Under the pieces are notes generated by a model that saw only the letters and a program-made list of their open reading frames with translations, had not been told where the DNA came from and ran no database searches. From the NCBI GenBank assembly GCA_035593865.1, contig DAOTAI010000003.1:1-35346 (forward strand): 35,346 bases of DNA, in the 5' to 3' direction. Source of the stretch: Acidobacteriota bacterium. Its GTDB lineage: Bacteria > Acidobacteriota > UBA6911 > RPQK01. How positions within the stretch are numbered: position 1 is the stretch's first letter; every line of letters starts with the position of its first letter. This document shows, piece by piece, positions 9,081 to 17,574 of this stretch. A program made the position numbers and the translations under genes.

Positions 9081-9210
9081 CTGTTGTACTCCAGGAAGTC
9101 ACGAGCTACGGGTTGCCGGAAACGAGTCGTGAATAGTGGGATTCGCGAACTCGAATTCGAAACCCGTGACTGAGTTGCGAGAGAGCCGTCGAGCAAAAAG
9201 GGGTACTGGC

Positions 9211-9498
9211 TTAGTCCATGTCCCAGGGACGAGTGGGTTCCTCCAGTTCATCCTTCATTTCGAGAGCTTGTTGAAACTTCTCCTCGAGGGTGTCTTTGCG
9301 CCGTTTTTCGTCCATTACGGCTTTCTGGAAAAGCTGATCGGCATTCTCTTTACGCTTCTTGACCTGCTCAAGGGCATCCTCGAAGGAGTACGCGGATTTC
9401 TTCTCGCGCGCATGCAAAATCATTCCGGTTTTGGCCTCGATCGTCAGGGTGGCCTGACAGCAAGGGCATATCACCTCAAGCTTAGCTTGTCCCGACAT
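9211..9498 (-). CDS. Hypothetical small protein, N-terminal CPCC half zinc-ribbon plus charged helical tail
   Basis: 95-aa ORF 26 nt downstream of pyrE on the same strand. It begins MSGQAKLEVICPCCQATLTIE, and the remainder is K/E-rich and predicted helical. The codon usage looks coding, but I recognise no family. Confidence 0.55.
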   Translation of the reverse strand: MSGQAKLEVICPCCQATLTIEAKTGMILHAREKKSAYSFEDALEQVKKRKENADQLFQKAVMDEKRRKDTLEEKFQQALEMKDELEEPTRPWDMD

Positions 9499-9524
9499 GG
9501 TCCCTATTCTACCACCCCGAGGAG

Positions 9525-10130
9525 CTAAGTTCCTTGGCTGTCCCCAGACTGCTCGAGCGCTTCCTGAATTTTCGGGTCGGCGAGCAGCTCACGGCTGGTG
9601 AACAGCGGGACGAAATTGTATCTCTTGAGTCGCTCGGCTCCACCCTGCTCGCGGTCAATCAGGCACAGGACGGCCGTCACCACAAAACCGACCTGCTCGG
9701 CGCGCTCAATCGCTTTCATGGTCGATTCCCCGGTAGTGCAGACATCGTCAATAATGACCACGCGGGCGCCGGGCATGCCGTAATAACCCTCGGTATAGCG
9801 TTGAGTGCCATGCTGTTTGGCGTCCTTCCTGACGATGAAGGCCGGCAAGGGGCGATACTTTTTGCGTTCTGCGAAGCTCACTGCCGCGACGGCGGAAACT
9901 ATGGGATCGGCCCCGAGAGTCAGGCCGCCGATCGCATCGGCTTTGATCCCAAGTTCCTTGATCTTGTCGAGGACCAGCTTGGCACACAGGTACGCCCCCT
10001 CTGGGTCGAGAGTCGTCCTTTTGCTGTCGAAGTAGTAATTGCTGGTGAGCCCTGATTGGAGTGTGAAACGTCCGATCAGGAGAGATTTCTGCTTAAAGAG
10101 TTCGAGGAGTCTCTGCCGAATTTTGTTCAT
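9525..10130 (-). CDS. pyrE: Orotate phosphoribosyltransferase
   Basis: 201 aa with the PRPP-binding motif VVIIDDVCTTGEST and an N-terminal FTLQSGLTSNYYFD typical of PyrE. Confidence 0.92.
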   Translation of the reverse strand: MNKIRQRLLELFKQKSLLIGRFTLQSGLTSNYYFDSKRTTLDPEGAYLCAKLVLDKIKELGIKADAIGGLTLGADPIVSAVAAVSFAERKKYRPLPAFIVRKDAKQHGTQRYTEGYYGMPGARVVIIDDVCTTGESTMKAIERAEQVGFVVTAVLCLIDREQGGAERLKRYNFVPLFTSRELLADPKIQEALEQSGDSQGT

Positions 10131-10166
10131 AGCGCTCGGAAAGGGCGGCGAACAGGCCGCATAGTG

Positions 10167-10664
10167 CTAAAAGGTTCGATAGTTAGTGAATTGCATGTCG
10201 ATGCCGAAATCCTTTTCTTTTATCAGGGCGATAATTTGCTGAAGGATGTCGCGGTCTCGGCTCGATACGCGTACCACGTCCCCCTGGATCGATGCCTGCG
10301 CTTTGAGCTTTGTGTCTCGGATGAACTTAGTGATTTCCCTGGCCTTCTCGGTAGTGATGCCTTGTTGAATCGATACAGTCTGGCGCACCGTGCTTCCAGC
10401 GGCCGGCTGAACTTTCCCGTAAGTCAGCGCCTTGAGGGAAACCGAGCGCTTGACCAGTTTCTGTTCAAGGATTTCCACAAGGCTTCGAAGGCGATACTCA
10501 TTGTCTGAGATCAACACCAGTTCCGTCCCATCGAGCTGAATCTCGCTCTTGCTCCCCTTGAAGTCGAAACGCTGCTGAACTTCTTTCATGGTTTGATGAA
10601 TCGCGTTCCTTACCTCGTTAAGATCTGTCTTGGAACTGATATCGAACGAGTTATCTTTGGACAT
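10167..10664 (-). CDS. yajQ: YajQ family nucleotide / cyclic-di-GMP-binding protein (UPF0234)
   Basis: SFDISSKTDLNEVRNAIHQTMKEVQQRFDFKGS matches the YajQ N-terminus (E. coli PSFDIVSEVD...RFDF). I prefer ATG 10664 (MSKDNSFDI) over the track start 10697 because YajQ homologs start right at this motif. Confidence 0.85.
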   Translation of the reverse strand: MSKDNSFDISSKTDLNEVRNAIHQTMKEVQQRFDFKGSKSEIQLDGTELVLISDNEYRLRSLVEILEQKLVKRSVSLKALTYGKVQPAAGSTVRQTVSIQQGITTEKAREITKFIRDTKLKAQASIQGDVVRVSSRDRDILQQIIALIKEKDFGIDMQFTNYRTF

Positions 10665-10698
10665 GATTCGCCCCGAAAGGACGTCGTATTCTAACACA

Positions 10699-10709
10699 GG
10701 GACAGTCCC
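10699..10709. promoter_or_regulatory. 11-bp perfect palindrome GGGACAGTCCC (13-bp AGGGACAGTCCCT), candidate operator upstream of yajQ
   Basis: Exact palindrome 35 nt upstream of the preferred yajQ ATG. Identical copies occur at 25017-25027 and 25039-25049. All three copies are intergenic. The 1-nt centre excludes a hairpin, which favours a dimeric protein site. Confidence 0.4.
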
Positions 10710-10936
10710 TCACATGCGATTAGCCTCACATAACTCGTAACATAACGCACTAACCCTACGGGGCCTGGAGCCGAGCGCTTCCCAGCGGAGGGACAATAGA
10801 CGGCGATCGACCCCGCCCTGGCCTGGTAGCCTGCAGTCGAAATCCAAGACTCAGCGCGCAGCACGGGCTGGGTCGCTTTGCTGAAAAACGCTGTGCTCCT
10901 GGCTCTGCTCGGTTGCGTCACGGGACTCCCGCTCGC

Positions 10937-10965
10937 TTGACAGGTGCCGAGTCGAATCTTATATT
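10937..10965 (+). promoter_or_regulatory. Sigma-70-like promoter for the FmdB-family gene
   Basis: TTGACA 10937-10942, a 17-nt spacer, then TATATT 10960-10965. A second extended -10 (TGATACAAT, 10975-10983) follows. AGGAG at 10996-11000 precedes ATG 11008. Confidence 0.5.
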
Positions 10966-11007
10966 GCGCGCATTTGATACAATTTCTTGTTTACCAGGAG
11001 ATTCTCG

Positions 11008-11301
11008 ATGCCGCTGTACGAATATCGTTGTCTGGATTGTGATGACCACGTGGAAGTGTTGCAGAAGCTGTCGGATGACCCGTTAGAGACTTGTCAGAAG
11101 TGTAATGGAAGACTCGAGCGGCTCCTATCAGCGCCTGCTATTCAGTTTAAAGGCACTGGTTGGTACATAACCGACTATGCCCGGAAGAATGGAAAGAACG
11201 GCTCTTCTCAGCGAGAAGAGACTAAAAGCAAAACCTGTGACACCTCTTGTGCCTCCAGCTCTTCGGCAACGGAGAGTTCAAAGAGCACTAAACTGGACTA
11301 G
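11008..11301 (+). CDS. FmdB family zinc-ribbon protein (CxxC_CxxC_SSSS type putative regulatory protein)
   Basis: MPLYEYRCLDCDDHVEVLQKLSDDPLETCQKCNG with two CxxC pairs and a Ser-rich tail (CASSSSATESS). The ATG at 11008 has an AGGAG 8 nt upstream. The track start 10987 is an upstream TTG. Confidence 0.88.
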   Translation: MPLYEYRCLDCDDHVEVLQKLSDDPLETCQKCNGRLERLLSAPAIQFKGTGWYITDYARKNGKNGSSQREETKSKTCDTSCASSSSATESSKSTKLD

Positions 11302-11333
11302 CCATATCGCCCTGCCTCGATTACACTTTCAGG

Positions 11334-12620
11334 GTGAAAATTCTTGTCATCGGGTCAGGAGCACGAGAACACGCCCTTTGCTGGAAACTCAAACAAAGCC
11401 CAGAACTGACTGGGCTCTTTTGTGCGCCCGGAAATGCCGGGACCTCGCAATTGGCTGAAAACCTGCCCATCGGAGCCGAAGACATTGACCGATTGGTTGA
11501 TTTTGCCGTTTCCCGGGATATCGACCTGACGGTCGTTGGTCCAGAGGCTCCCCTGGTGGCGGGGTTGGTCGATCGTTTCGAGGCCGCTGGTTTGCGCGCG
11601 GTGGGACCAAGCAGTGCCGCTGCTCAGCTCGAGGGAAGTAAGAGCTTCGCCAAAGACTTTATGCGGCGGTGGGGCATCCCAACGGCCGACTACCAGATCT
11701 ACACCGAACCATCTGTCGTCGAAGCTGATTTAAGGGCCGGTCGCTACAGTTTCCCGGTAGTTGTGAAAGCAGATGGTTTAGCCGCCGGAAAAGGGGTTTT
11801 CATTTGTCCGGATCTGGATTCCGCCCTCGCTGCTGTTGCTGCGGTCATGCGCGAGAGACAATTTGGCTCTTCGGGCGACCGCCTTGTCGTGGAGGAGTTT
11901 CTACAGGGTGAAGAAGCCTCGTTCATGGTCTTTTCCGACGGTCGCCGCTATATTCCGATGACGCCCTCCCAGGATCACAAAGCGGTCTTTGATGGGGATA
12001 AGGGTCCGAATACGGGAGGAATGGGTGCTTATTCGATAGACGCGATTCTCTCTCCCGATACCAGAGATCGGGTGCTCAAGGAGATCATCGAGCCGACGAT
12101 TCGCGGTATGGAAGAAGAGGGGAAACCTTTTCGGGGAATACTTTACGCCGGGTTAATGCTCACACAATTCGGGCCCAAGGTGTTGGAGTTTAACGTTCGA
12201 TTCGGAGACCCGGAGACTCAAGTGGTGCTGCCCCGTCTTCAAACCGACCTTCTCCCGGTACTTGCAGGAATCGCCGATGGCGATTTGAGCCAGGTTGAGG
12301 TGAAATGGAACGGGGACGCTGTTGTCTGCGTGGTGCTAGCCTCGCGTGGCTACCCCGGCGCGTATGAGAAGGGGAAGGAGATCACCGGACTGGAGATGGC
12401 GGCAGAAGCGCGCGACACCATGGTCTTTCACGCTGGTACTGCCAATAAGGATGGAAAGGTCGTGTCCAGCGGGGGGCGGGTCCTGGGGATCACTGCAAGG
12501 GCCCGATCTTTAGACGAAGCCATTGTGAAAGCTTACGAAGGAGTCAACAAGGTCTATTTCGAGGGGATGTACTACCGGCGGGATATCGCCGCGAAAGGCC
12601 TCAAAAACCGATACTACTAA
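11334..12620 (+). CDS. purD: Phosphoribosylamine--glycine ligase
   Basis: 428 aa with a GTG start giving (M)KILVIGSGAREHALCWKL. The ATP-grasp body includes GPNTGGMGAYS and EFNVRFGDPE. Confidence 0.95.
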   Translation: MKILVIGSGAREHALCWKLKQSPELTGLFCAPGNAGTSQLAENLPIGAEDIDRLVDFAVSRDIDLTVVGPEAPLVAGLVDRFEAAGLRAVGPSSAAAQLEGSKSFAKDFMRRWGIPTADYQIYTEPSVVEADLRAGRYSFPVVVKADGLAAGKGVFICPDLDSALAAVAAVMRERQFGSSGDRLVVEEFLQGEEASFMVFSDGRRYIPMTPSQDHKAVFDGDKGPNTGGMGAYSIDAILSPDTRDRVLKEIIEPTIRGMEEEGKPFRGILYAGLMLTQFGPKVLEFNVRFGDPETQVVLPRLQTDLLPVLAGIADGDLSQVEVKWNGDAVVCVVLASRGYPGAYEKGKEITGLEMAAEARDTMVFHAGTANKDGKVVSSGGRVLGITARARSLDEAIVKAYEGVNKVYFEGMYYRRDIAAKGLKNRYY

Positions 12621-12636
12621 AACGCCTGTTTCGCTT

Positions 12637-13125
12637 ATGCAACCTCTGGTCGGAATCCTGATGGGCAGCAAGTCGGACGCCGAGATAATGAGCGAGGCGT
12701 CGAAGATCCTGGACCAATTCGACATTCCTCACGAGGCGCGAATCCTCTCGGCACATCGTTCTCCTCACGCGACACTTGAGTATGTCGAGACAGCCGCTTC
12801 GCGCGGAATAAAAGTCCTTATCGCCGGCGCCGGTGCTGCTGCGCATCTGGCGGGCTTTTTGGCGGCGCATACCGTTCTCCCTGTCATAGGGGTTCCTATC
12901 GATTCTTCGCCTCTGAAGGGGATGGATGCGCTCCTTGCTACTGTGCAAATGCCCCCTGGCGTTCCTGTCGGCTGCATGGCGATCGGTAAACCGGGCGCCC
13001 GTAACGCCGGCCTCTTTGCCGTGGCGATTCTGGCCCTCGGCAACCCGGATCTGGCTGAAAAGCTCAGGCAGTTTCGCAGCGAGATGGAGCAGGAGATCGT
13101 CCAATCGTCGATCGTCAGGCCGTGA
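12637..13125 (+). CDS. purE: N5-carboxyaminoimidazole ribonucleotide mutase
   Basis: VGILMGSKSDAEIM, SAHRSPH and IAGAGAAAHLAG motifs; 162 aa; directly downstream of purD. Confidence 0.95.
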   Translation: MQPLVGILMGSKSDAEIMSEASKILDQFDIPHEARILSAHRSPHATLEYVETAASRGIKVLIAGAGAAAHLAGFLAAHTVLPVIGVPIDSSPLKGMDALLATVQMPPGVPVGCMAIGKPGARNAGLFAVAILALGNPDLAEKLRQFRSEMEQEIVQSSIVRP

Positions 13126-13864
13126 AGCCAACCAGAGCCCAGAGGCGGCCGGTTTGACCTTCCCGCCGATAAGAGTAAAAAAGATCGGTTCGGCAAGCCG
13201 TGCACATACCGGAGCAGAGAATCCGCTCGATCCCTAACTCCTGAAGCTGTATCCGATTAGCTTCCACGATGTCCAGGTTGCGGCCGGCGACAATTCGGTT
13301 CAAGTCATGGCGGGCGTTTTGAAATTGCTCGATCACTTCGACACCCACTTCATAACAGCATTGCCCGATGCACGGGCCGATTGCCACGATCAGGTCGTCC
13401 GGAGCGGCCTGGTTGGCTCGCAGGAATTGTTCCAACGCCTTCTTGGTGATTCGATCCCGCGTTCCGCGCCATCCCGCATGGACGGCACAGACTGCGCGAC
13501 CTTTGGGGTAAACGGCGATCAAGGGGGCACAATCGGCCGTCTTGATTATGGCGAAAAGCCCAGGGTGGGCAAAATAGACAGCATCTGCAGACTGAAGCGA
13601 TCGAAGGCTACCACTGACACCGGTCCCGTCAATTGCAAGGACACGATCCGAATGAACCTGTTTCAATTGAACGACTTGAGTCGGCGAAATACCCAAGGTC
13701 GAAAGGAAAAGCGCCTTTTCGCGCGCGACTTCACCCGATCTGCCCGCATCTTTCACTAGAGTGTCCGTCACTCGAGTCGTAAAAGCATGCAGAAGGCCGG
13801 GGATCTCGTCCAGCTCCGAGAAGGCAAAAAAACGCGTCGATCCCAGGTCTTTCTCGTAGAACAC
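13115..13864 (-). CDS. pgeF: Peptidoglycan editing factor PgeF (YfiH/DUF152 laccase-domain family)
   Basis: Motifs QVHSDRV, TADCAPL, HAGWRGT and CCYEVG in family order; 249 aa. Its 3' end overlaps the purE 3' end by 11 nt (convergent). Confidence 0.9.
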   Translation of the reverse strand: MFYEKDLGSTRFFAFSELDEIPGLLHAFTTRVTDTLVKDAGRSGEVAREKALFLSTLGISPTQVVQLKQVHSDRVLAIDGTGVSGSLRSLQSADAVYFAHPGLFAIIKTADCAPLIAVYPKGRAVCAVHAGWRGTRDRITKKALEQFLRANQAAPDDLIVAIGPCIGQCCYEVGVEVIEQFQNARHDLNRIVAGRNLDIVEANRIQLQELGIERILCSGMCTACRTDLFYSYRREGQTGRLWALVGFTA

Positions 13865-13886
13865 CAGGAAAGGTTAGCACACGTTC

Positions 13887-14261
13887 ATGATCATTGGAGT
13901 CGGGGTGGACATCGTAGAAATACGGAGAATTTCACAGGCCTTGACCGGCAGCCGAAGCATGCCGAAACGGGTTTTCACCGAGGAGGAAATCAACTATTGC
14001 GGCCGGCGCAAAACTCAATTCCAACACTATGCCGGGCGTTTTGCGGCCAAGGAAGCCACACTGAAGGCTCTTGGGACCGGATGGCAGGGAGGAATCCGCT
14101 GGACAGACGTTGAAGTTCGGGCGACCAACAACGGCAAGCCCGAACTGAGACTGTACGGAAAGGCCCGGGAGCTTTTCGAAGCATCCGGCGCCAAGCGGGC
14201 GCTTCTGTCCATCACCCATTCCAAGGAGTACGCGGTAGCCGTCGTGATACTGGAGGATTGA
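13887..14261 (+). CDS. acpS: Holo-[acyl-carrier-protein] synthase
   Basis: MIIGVGVDIVEIRRI, FAAKEATLKALG and SITHSKEYAVAVVILE; 124 aa. Confidence 0.93.
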   Translation: MIIGVGVDIVEIRRISQALTGSRSMPKRVFTEEEINYCGRRKTQFQHYAGRFAAKEATLKALGTGWQGGIRWTDVEVRATNNGKPELRLYGKARELFEASGAKRALLSITHSKEYAVAVVILED

Positions 14262-14406
14262 CCCGCCGGTGTTTTTCGCGGAGGGCACGGCGGGGCCGGC
14301 GTCAACTTAGCACCTTCGTCGCTCGTATTATCAATGGGTGGCGCGGGTTGCGGGGGAGGTTGATGCCAGGCGAAAGCCGCGCACTCCGCCAAGAACGCCG
14401 GATAGT

Positions 14407-15732
14407 CTATTCCTTGACGATCCCTGACAGATCCTCGCCCGCCTCCCCGGTTATCGTCACATCGAGCATCCGGTTTGCGGGCGTGTCTTCCGGCAACAGG
14501 ACTCGAAGATAATTCCCGGACAGCGCGACACGCTTCCCATCCTCCAAATCCGAGAGTGTCAGCACCCTCAACGACTTGCCCAGGAAACTGCGACGAAAAG
14601 CACGATTCTTGGCGGCGGAAACCTCTCGAAAGGCGCGGCTTCGGCGCCTGACCGTGTCCGCGTCCACGTGGTTGGGCATCACGGAAGACTCCGTCCCTGG
14701 GCGGTCACTGTAGGGAAAGCAGTGGATGTAGGTAAAGGGCATCTTCGAGACAAACTGAAGACTTTCCTCGTGGTCCCGTTCGTTTTCGCCCGGGAATCCG
14801 ACGATGACGTCGGTTCCGATCCCGGCACCCGGAAGGCGCTCCCTGATCCTCTCCACGACGGCTGCAAACTTGCTCGTTTTGTAAGGTCGGCGCATCGCTT
14901 TCAAAATTCGGTCGCTTCCGCTTTGCAGACAGATGTGGAAATGGGGAGCGATCTTGTCCGTTTGGCTTGCCAAGTCGATGACCCGCCGGGACAACTCCAT
15001 GGGCTCGAGGGAGCTGATGCGAATTTGAATCAACTCGGGAATCTCGACGATTTCGGCCAGAAGACGGTCGAGCGTATATCGGGGTTTGAGGTGAAATCCG
15101 TAGGTGCCGATGTGGATTCCGGTCAGTACGATTTCGTGGAACCCCATCCGAGCCAGGTCGCGAACCTGTTGCAGAACAAGCTCGGGAGGGACGCTGCGGC
15201 TCGGTCCCCGAACCGCTGGAATGATGCAATAGCTGCATTTCGCGTCGCACCCATCCTGGATCTTCACGAAGGGGCGGGTGCGTCCGCCAAGCTGAACTGC
15301 TCGACTTTCCCCGATAGTGCGCACCTGCGAGAAATCATCGCGGTAGATGGCGGCAATTTCTGAGTGACCGGTCGAGACAGAAGTGGCAGGGGATCGGGTG
15401 TTTGCGATCTCGACGAGTTGAGATCTATGAGTGTTGCCTATGACCGCATCGACACCGGGTATCCGGGCCAGGACGTGAGGCGCCCGTTGAGCGTAACAGC
15501 CGGTAACCAGCAGTCGAGCGCCGGGGTTCGTACGGCGCAGTTTGCGCGTCAGTTGCCGGACTTGCTGATCTGATCTGTGCGTGACGGTGCACGAATTAAC
15601 AACAATGACGTCGGCGTCTTCAGAGCGCTCGGCTTCCTCGAATCCCTTGTCGAAAAAGCTGTCACGGATTGCGGCGCTGTCCGCCTGGTTGGTCCGGCAT
15701 CCAAAGGTGGCGAGAAACAGCTTCTTAGGCAC
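14407..15732 (-). CDS. mtaB: Radical-SAM methylthiotransferase, MiaB/MtaB family (probable tRNA t6A37 methylthiotransferase MtaB)
   Basis: UPF0004 N-domain FLATFGCRTNQADSAAI, radical-SAM CDAKCSYCIIPAVRG, and a TRAM-like C-terminus. The longest ORF starts at 15786 but would overlap rlmN by 62 nt. The in-frame GTG at 15732 (VPKKLFLATFGC) gives an 8-nt overlap, so I prefer it. Confidence 0.85.
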   Translation of the reverse strand: MPKKLFLATFGCRTNQADSAAIRDSFFDKGFEEAERSEDADVIVVNSCTVTHRSDQQVRQLTRKLRRTNPGARLLVTGCYAQRAPHVLARIPGVDAVIGNTHRSQLVEIANTRSPATSVSTGHSEIAAIYRDDFSQVRTIGESRAVQLGGRTRPFVKIQDGCDAKCSYCIIPAVRGPSRSVPPELVLQQVRDLARMGFHEIVLTGIHIGTYGFHLKPRYTLDRLLAEIVEIPELIQIRISSLEPMELSRRVIDLASQTDKIAPHFHICLQSGSDRILKAMRRPYKTSKFAAVVERIRERLPGAGIGTDVIVGFPGENERDHEESLQFVSKMPFTYIHCFPYSDRPGTESSVMPNHVDADTVRRRSRAFREVSAAKNRAFRRSFLGKSLRVLTLSDLEDGKRVALSGNYLRVLLPEDTPANRMLDVTITGEAGEDLSGIVKE

Positions 15733-16783
15733 GGACTTCGGCCCCCTCCAGGTAAGCCAATTGGCCGCAGGCGGCCGCAATATCATCTCCGCGCGTTTTT
15801 CTCATGAACACCGCGATGCCCTCGTTTACCAGGATGTCACGAAACCGGTCCACGCGTTCTTCAGAAGGCCGCCGGTAGGGAAGTCCGGGGTTCGGGTTGT
15901 AAGGGATCAGGTTAACCTTTGGTCGAAAGCCACGAAACAACCGCACCAAAGCCCGCGCCTCTTCGTCAGAATCGTTGATTCCCGCTAAGAGCACATATTC
16001 GAACATGATGCGCCGGCGAGGTTCGATGGGAAACTCGCGGCAGGTTTTGAGCAGCTCCTCGAGTTTCCACTTCTTGTTAATCGGCATCAGCTCATCCCGG
16101 AGAGTATTCGAGGTGGCGTTGAGCGAGACGGCGATGTTTGGAAAAACCTCCTCATGATGCATTTTCCGAAGAGCCGGGACCACTCCGGAAGTGGACACGG
16201 TCACTTTGCGATGCGAGAGCGACATGCCCAGCGGGTCAGTCATCAAACGGAAAGCTTTCATGACGTTCTTGTAATTCTGGAGCGGCTCGCCCATGCCCAT
16301 GAACACGATACTGAAAGAGCCCCGCTGGAGATTTCTCTCTCTGACGATAGCCATGACCTGGCCGAGAATCTCCGAGACTGTCAAGTTCCGTTTCAGTCCC
16401 ATTTGCGCCGTCATGCAGAACCGGCATCCTATGTTGCATCCCACCTGAGAAGAGATGCACAGCGTGTCGCGATCCTGTTCGGGAATGAACACCGATTCGA
16501 CAAACTCATTATCTTCCAGACGAAACAAGTACTTGACTGTTCCATCATTTGCCTCGGATCGTCGTACCGCCTCGGGTAAGGCCATCTGATAGGTATCGGC
16601 CAGGCGTCGGCGAAACGCTTTTGAAAGCTCGGTCATTTCCTGGAAGTCGAGCTGACCCCGTCGGTATATCTCATAGTAAAGCTGTTTGGCCCGAAACGGC
16701 TTTTCTCCCATCGACTCTACGACCTTGAGGATTTCGCCTTGATCCAGGCCTAGCAAATTGTTTTTCATACTCGGCTGGTACAT
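15725..16783 (-). CDS. rlmN: 23S rRNA / tRNA (adenine-C2)-methyltransferase RlmN (radical SAM)
   Basis: FRAKQLYYEIY, CISSQVGCNIGCRFCMT, FMGMGEPL and the C-terminal AACGQL; 352 aa. Confidence 0.94.
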   Translation of the reverse strand: MYQPSMKNNLLGLDQGEILKVVESMGEKPFRAKQLYYEIYRRGQLDFQEMTELSKAFRRRLADTYQMALPEAVRRSEANDGTVKYLFRLEDNEFVESVFIPEQDRDTLCISSQVGCNIGCRFCMTAQMGLKRNLTVSEILGQVMAIVRERNLQRGSFSIVFMGMGEPLQNYKNVMKAFRLMTDPLGMSLSHRKVTVSTSGVVPALRKMHHEEVFPNIAVSLNATSNTLRDELMPINKKWKLEELLKTCREFPIEPRRRIMFEYVLLAGINDSDEEARALVRLFRGFRPKVNLIPYNPNPGLPYRRPSEERVDRFRDILVNEGIAVFMRKTRGDDIAAACGQLAYLEGAEVRA

Positions 16784-16794
16784 TCTATGCTAGC

Positions 16795-17574
16795 GTGCGA
16801 ATTTGTGTACTGGGAAGCGGGAGCAGCGGCAATTGTACCTTAGTGGCGACTTCCAAGGTCGCGGTTCTGACCGATCTCGGATTCGGCCCGCGTTCCCTTC
16901 TCCGACGGCTGCGTGCTGTCAAACTTGATGGCCTGAACATCGGTGCCATCTTCCTGACACATGGTCATTCCGACCACATCAGCGGAGTGGTCGCGATGGC
17001 AGCCGAACAGCAGATTCCGGTTTTTCTGACCCGGGGAACTCTACTCGAATTGGGCGGTTTGGATACACTTCCCCGAGTCGAAGTGCTTAGCCCCGGGGTC
17101 ACCGTTAATATTGCCGATCTTTATGTAACACCTTTCGCCATCTCCCATGATGCGGCGGAGCCCGTAGGGTTTCGTTTTGAGGCCGAGGGCGTGTCGGGAG
17201 CGCTGGCGACCGATCTGGGAAAAATTACCTCCGAAGTCACGTGTCACCTCAACAAATGTGAGTGGCTGGTCCTCGAGTCCAATCACGATGAGGAACTGGT
17301 CCGGCTCGGATCCTACCCGTGGCCGCTGAAACAGCGCTTGCTTAGCCCTGTAGGCCACCTCTCGAACAGCGCGCTGGCAGAATTCCTGAGCAACGATTTT
17401 GATGCCCAGGCGCGCCATATCTTCCTCGCTCACCTGAGCCGAAACAACAACACTCCGTCGCTGGCGATGGAAACGGCTGAAGACGCGCTTGGCAAGCGAT
17501 CAGACGGAAAGATCGACGGTATTGCCGTGCACTTGACTGATCAAATGAAACCGTCGATAGTCTTAGATCTATGA
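16795..17574 (+). CDS. MBL-fold metallo-hydrolase (YycJ/PhnP-like)
   Basis: GTG start giving (M)RICVLGSGSSGN, the metal motif THGHSDH, and later ESNHD and HLS motifs; 259 aa. The stop overlaps the purB ATG (ATGA). Confidence 0.85.
   Translation: MRICVLGSGSSGNCTLVATSKVAVLTDLGFGPRSLLRRLRAVKLDGLNIGAIFLTHGHSDHISGVVAMAAEQQIPVFLTRGTLLELGGLDTLPRVEVLSPGVTVNIADLYVTPFAISHDAAEPVGFRFEAEGVSGALATDLGKITSEVTCHLNKCEWLVLESNHDEELVRLGSYPWPLKQRLLSPVGHLSNSALAEFLSNDFDAQARHIFLAHLSRNNNTPSLAMETAEDALGKRSDGKIDGIAVHLTDQMKPSIVLDL

Noticed and set aside
12601-13205. Minus-strand ORFs 12601..13131 and 12765..13205 antisense to purE
   Set aside because: The purE signature motifs are on the plus strand, and the antisense products are Arg-rich with no motifs.
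14262-14294. Hairpin CCCGCCG / CGGCGGG after acpS as an intrinsic terminator
   Set aside because: It is a 7-bp stem with a 19-nt loop and no flanking U-tract in either orientation. That is too weak to call as a feature, though some termination signal must exist in this 145-bp convergent spacer.
15733-15786. Longer mtaB N-terminus (ATG 15786) overlapping rlmN by 62 nt
   Set aside because: The extension (MILRPPAANWLTWRGPKS) lies upstream of the conserved UPF0004 domain start. The in-frame GTG at 15732 gives a typical short coupled overlap. This is not excluded without homolog alignment.
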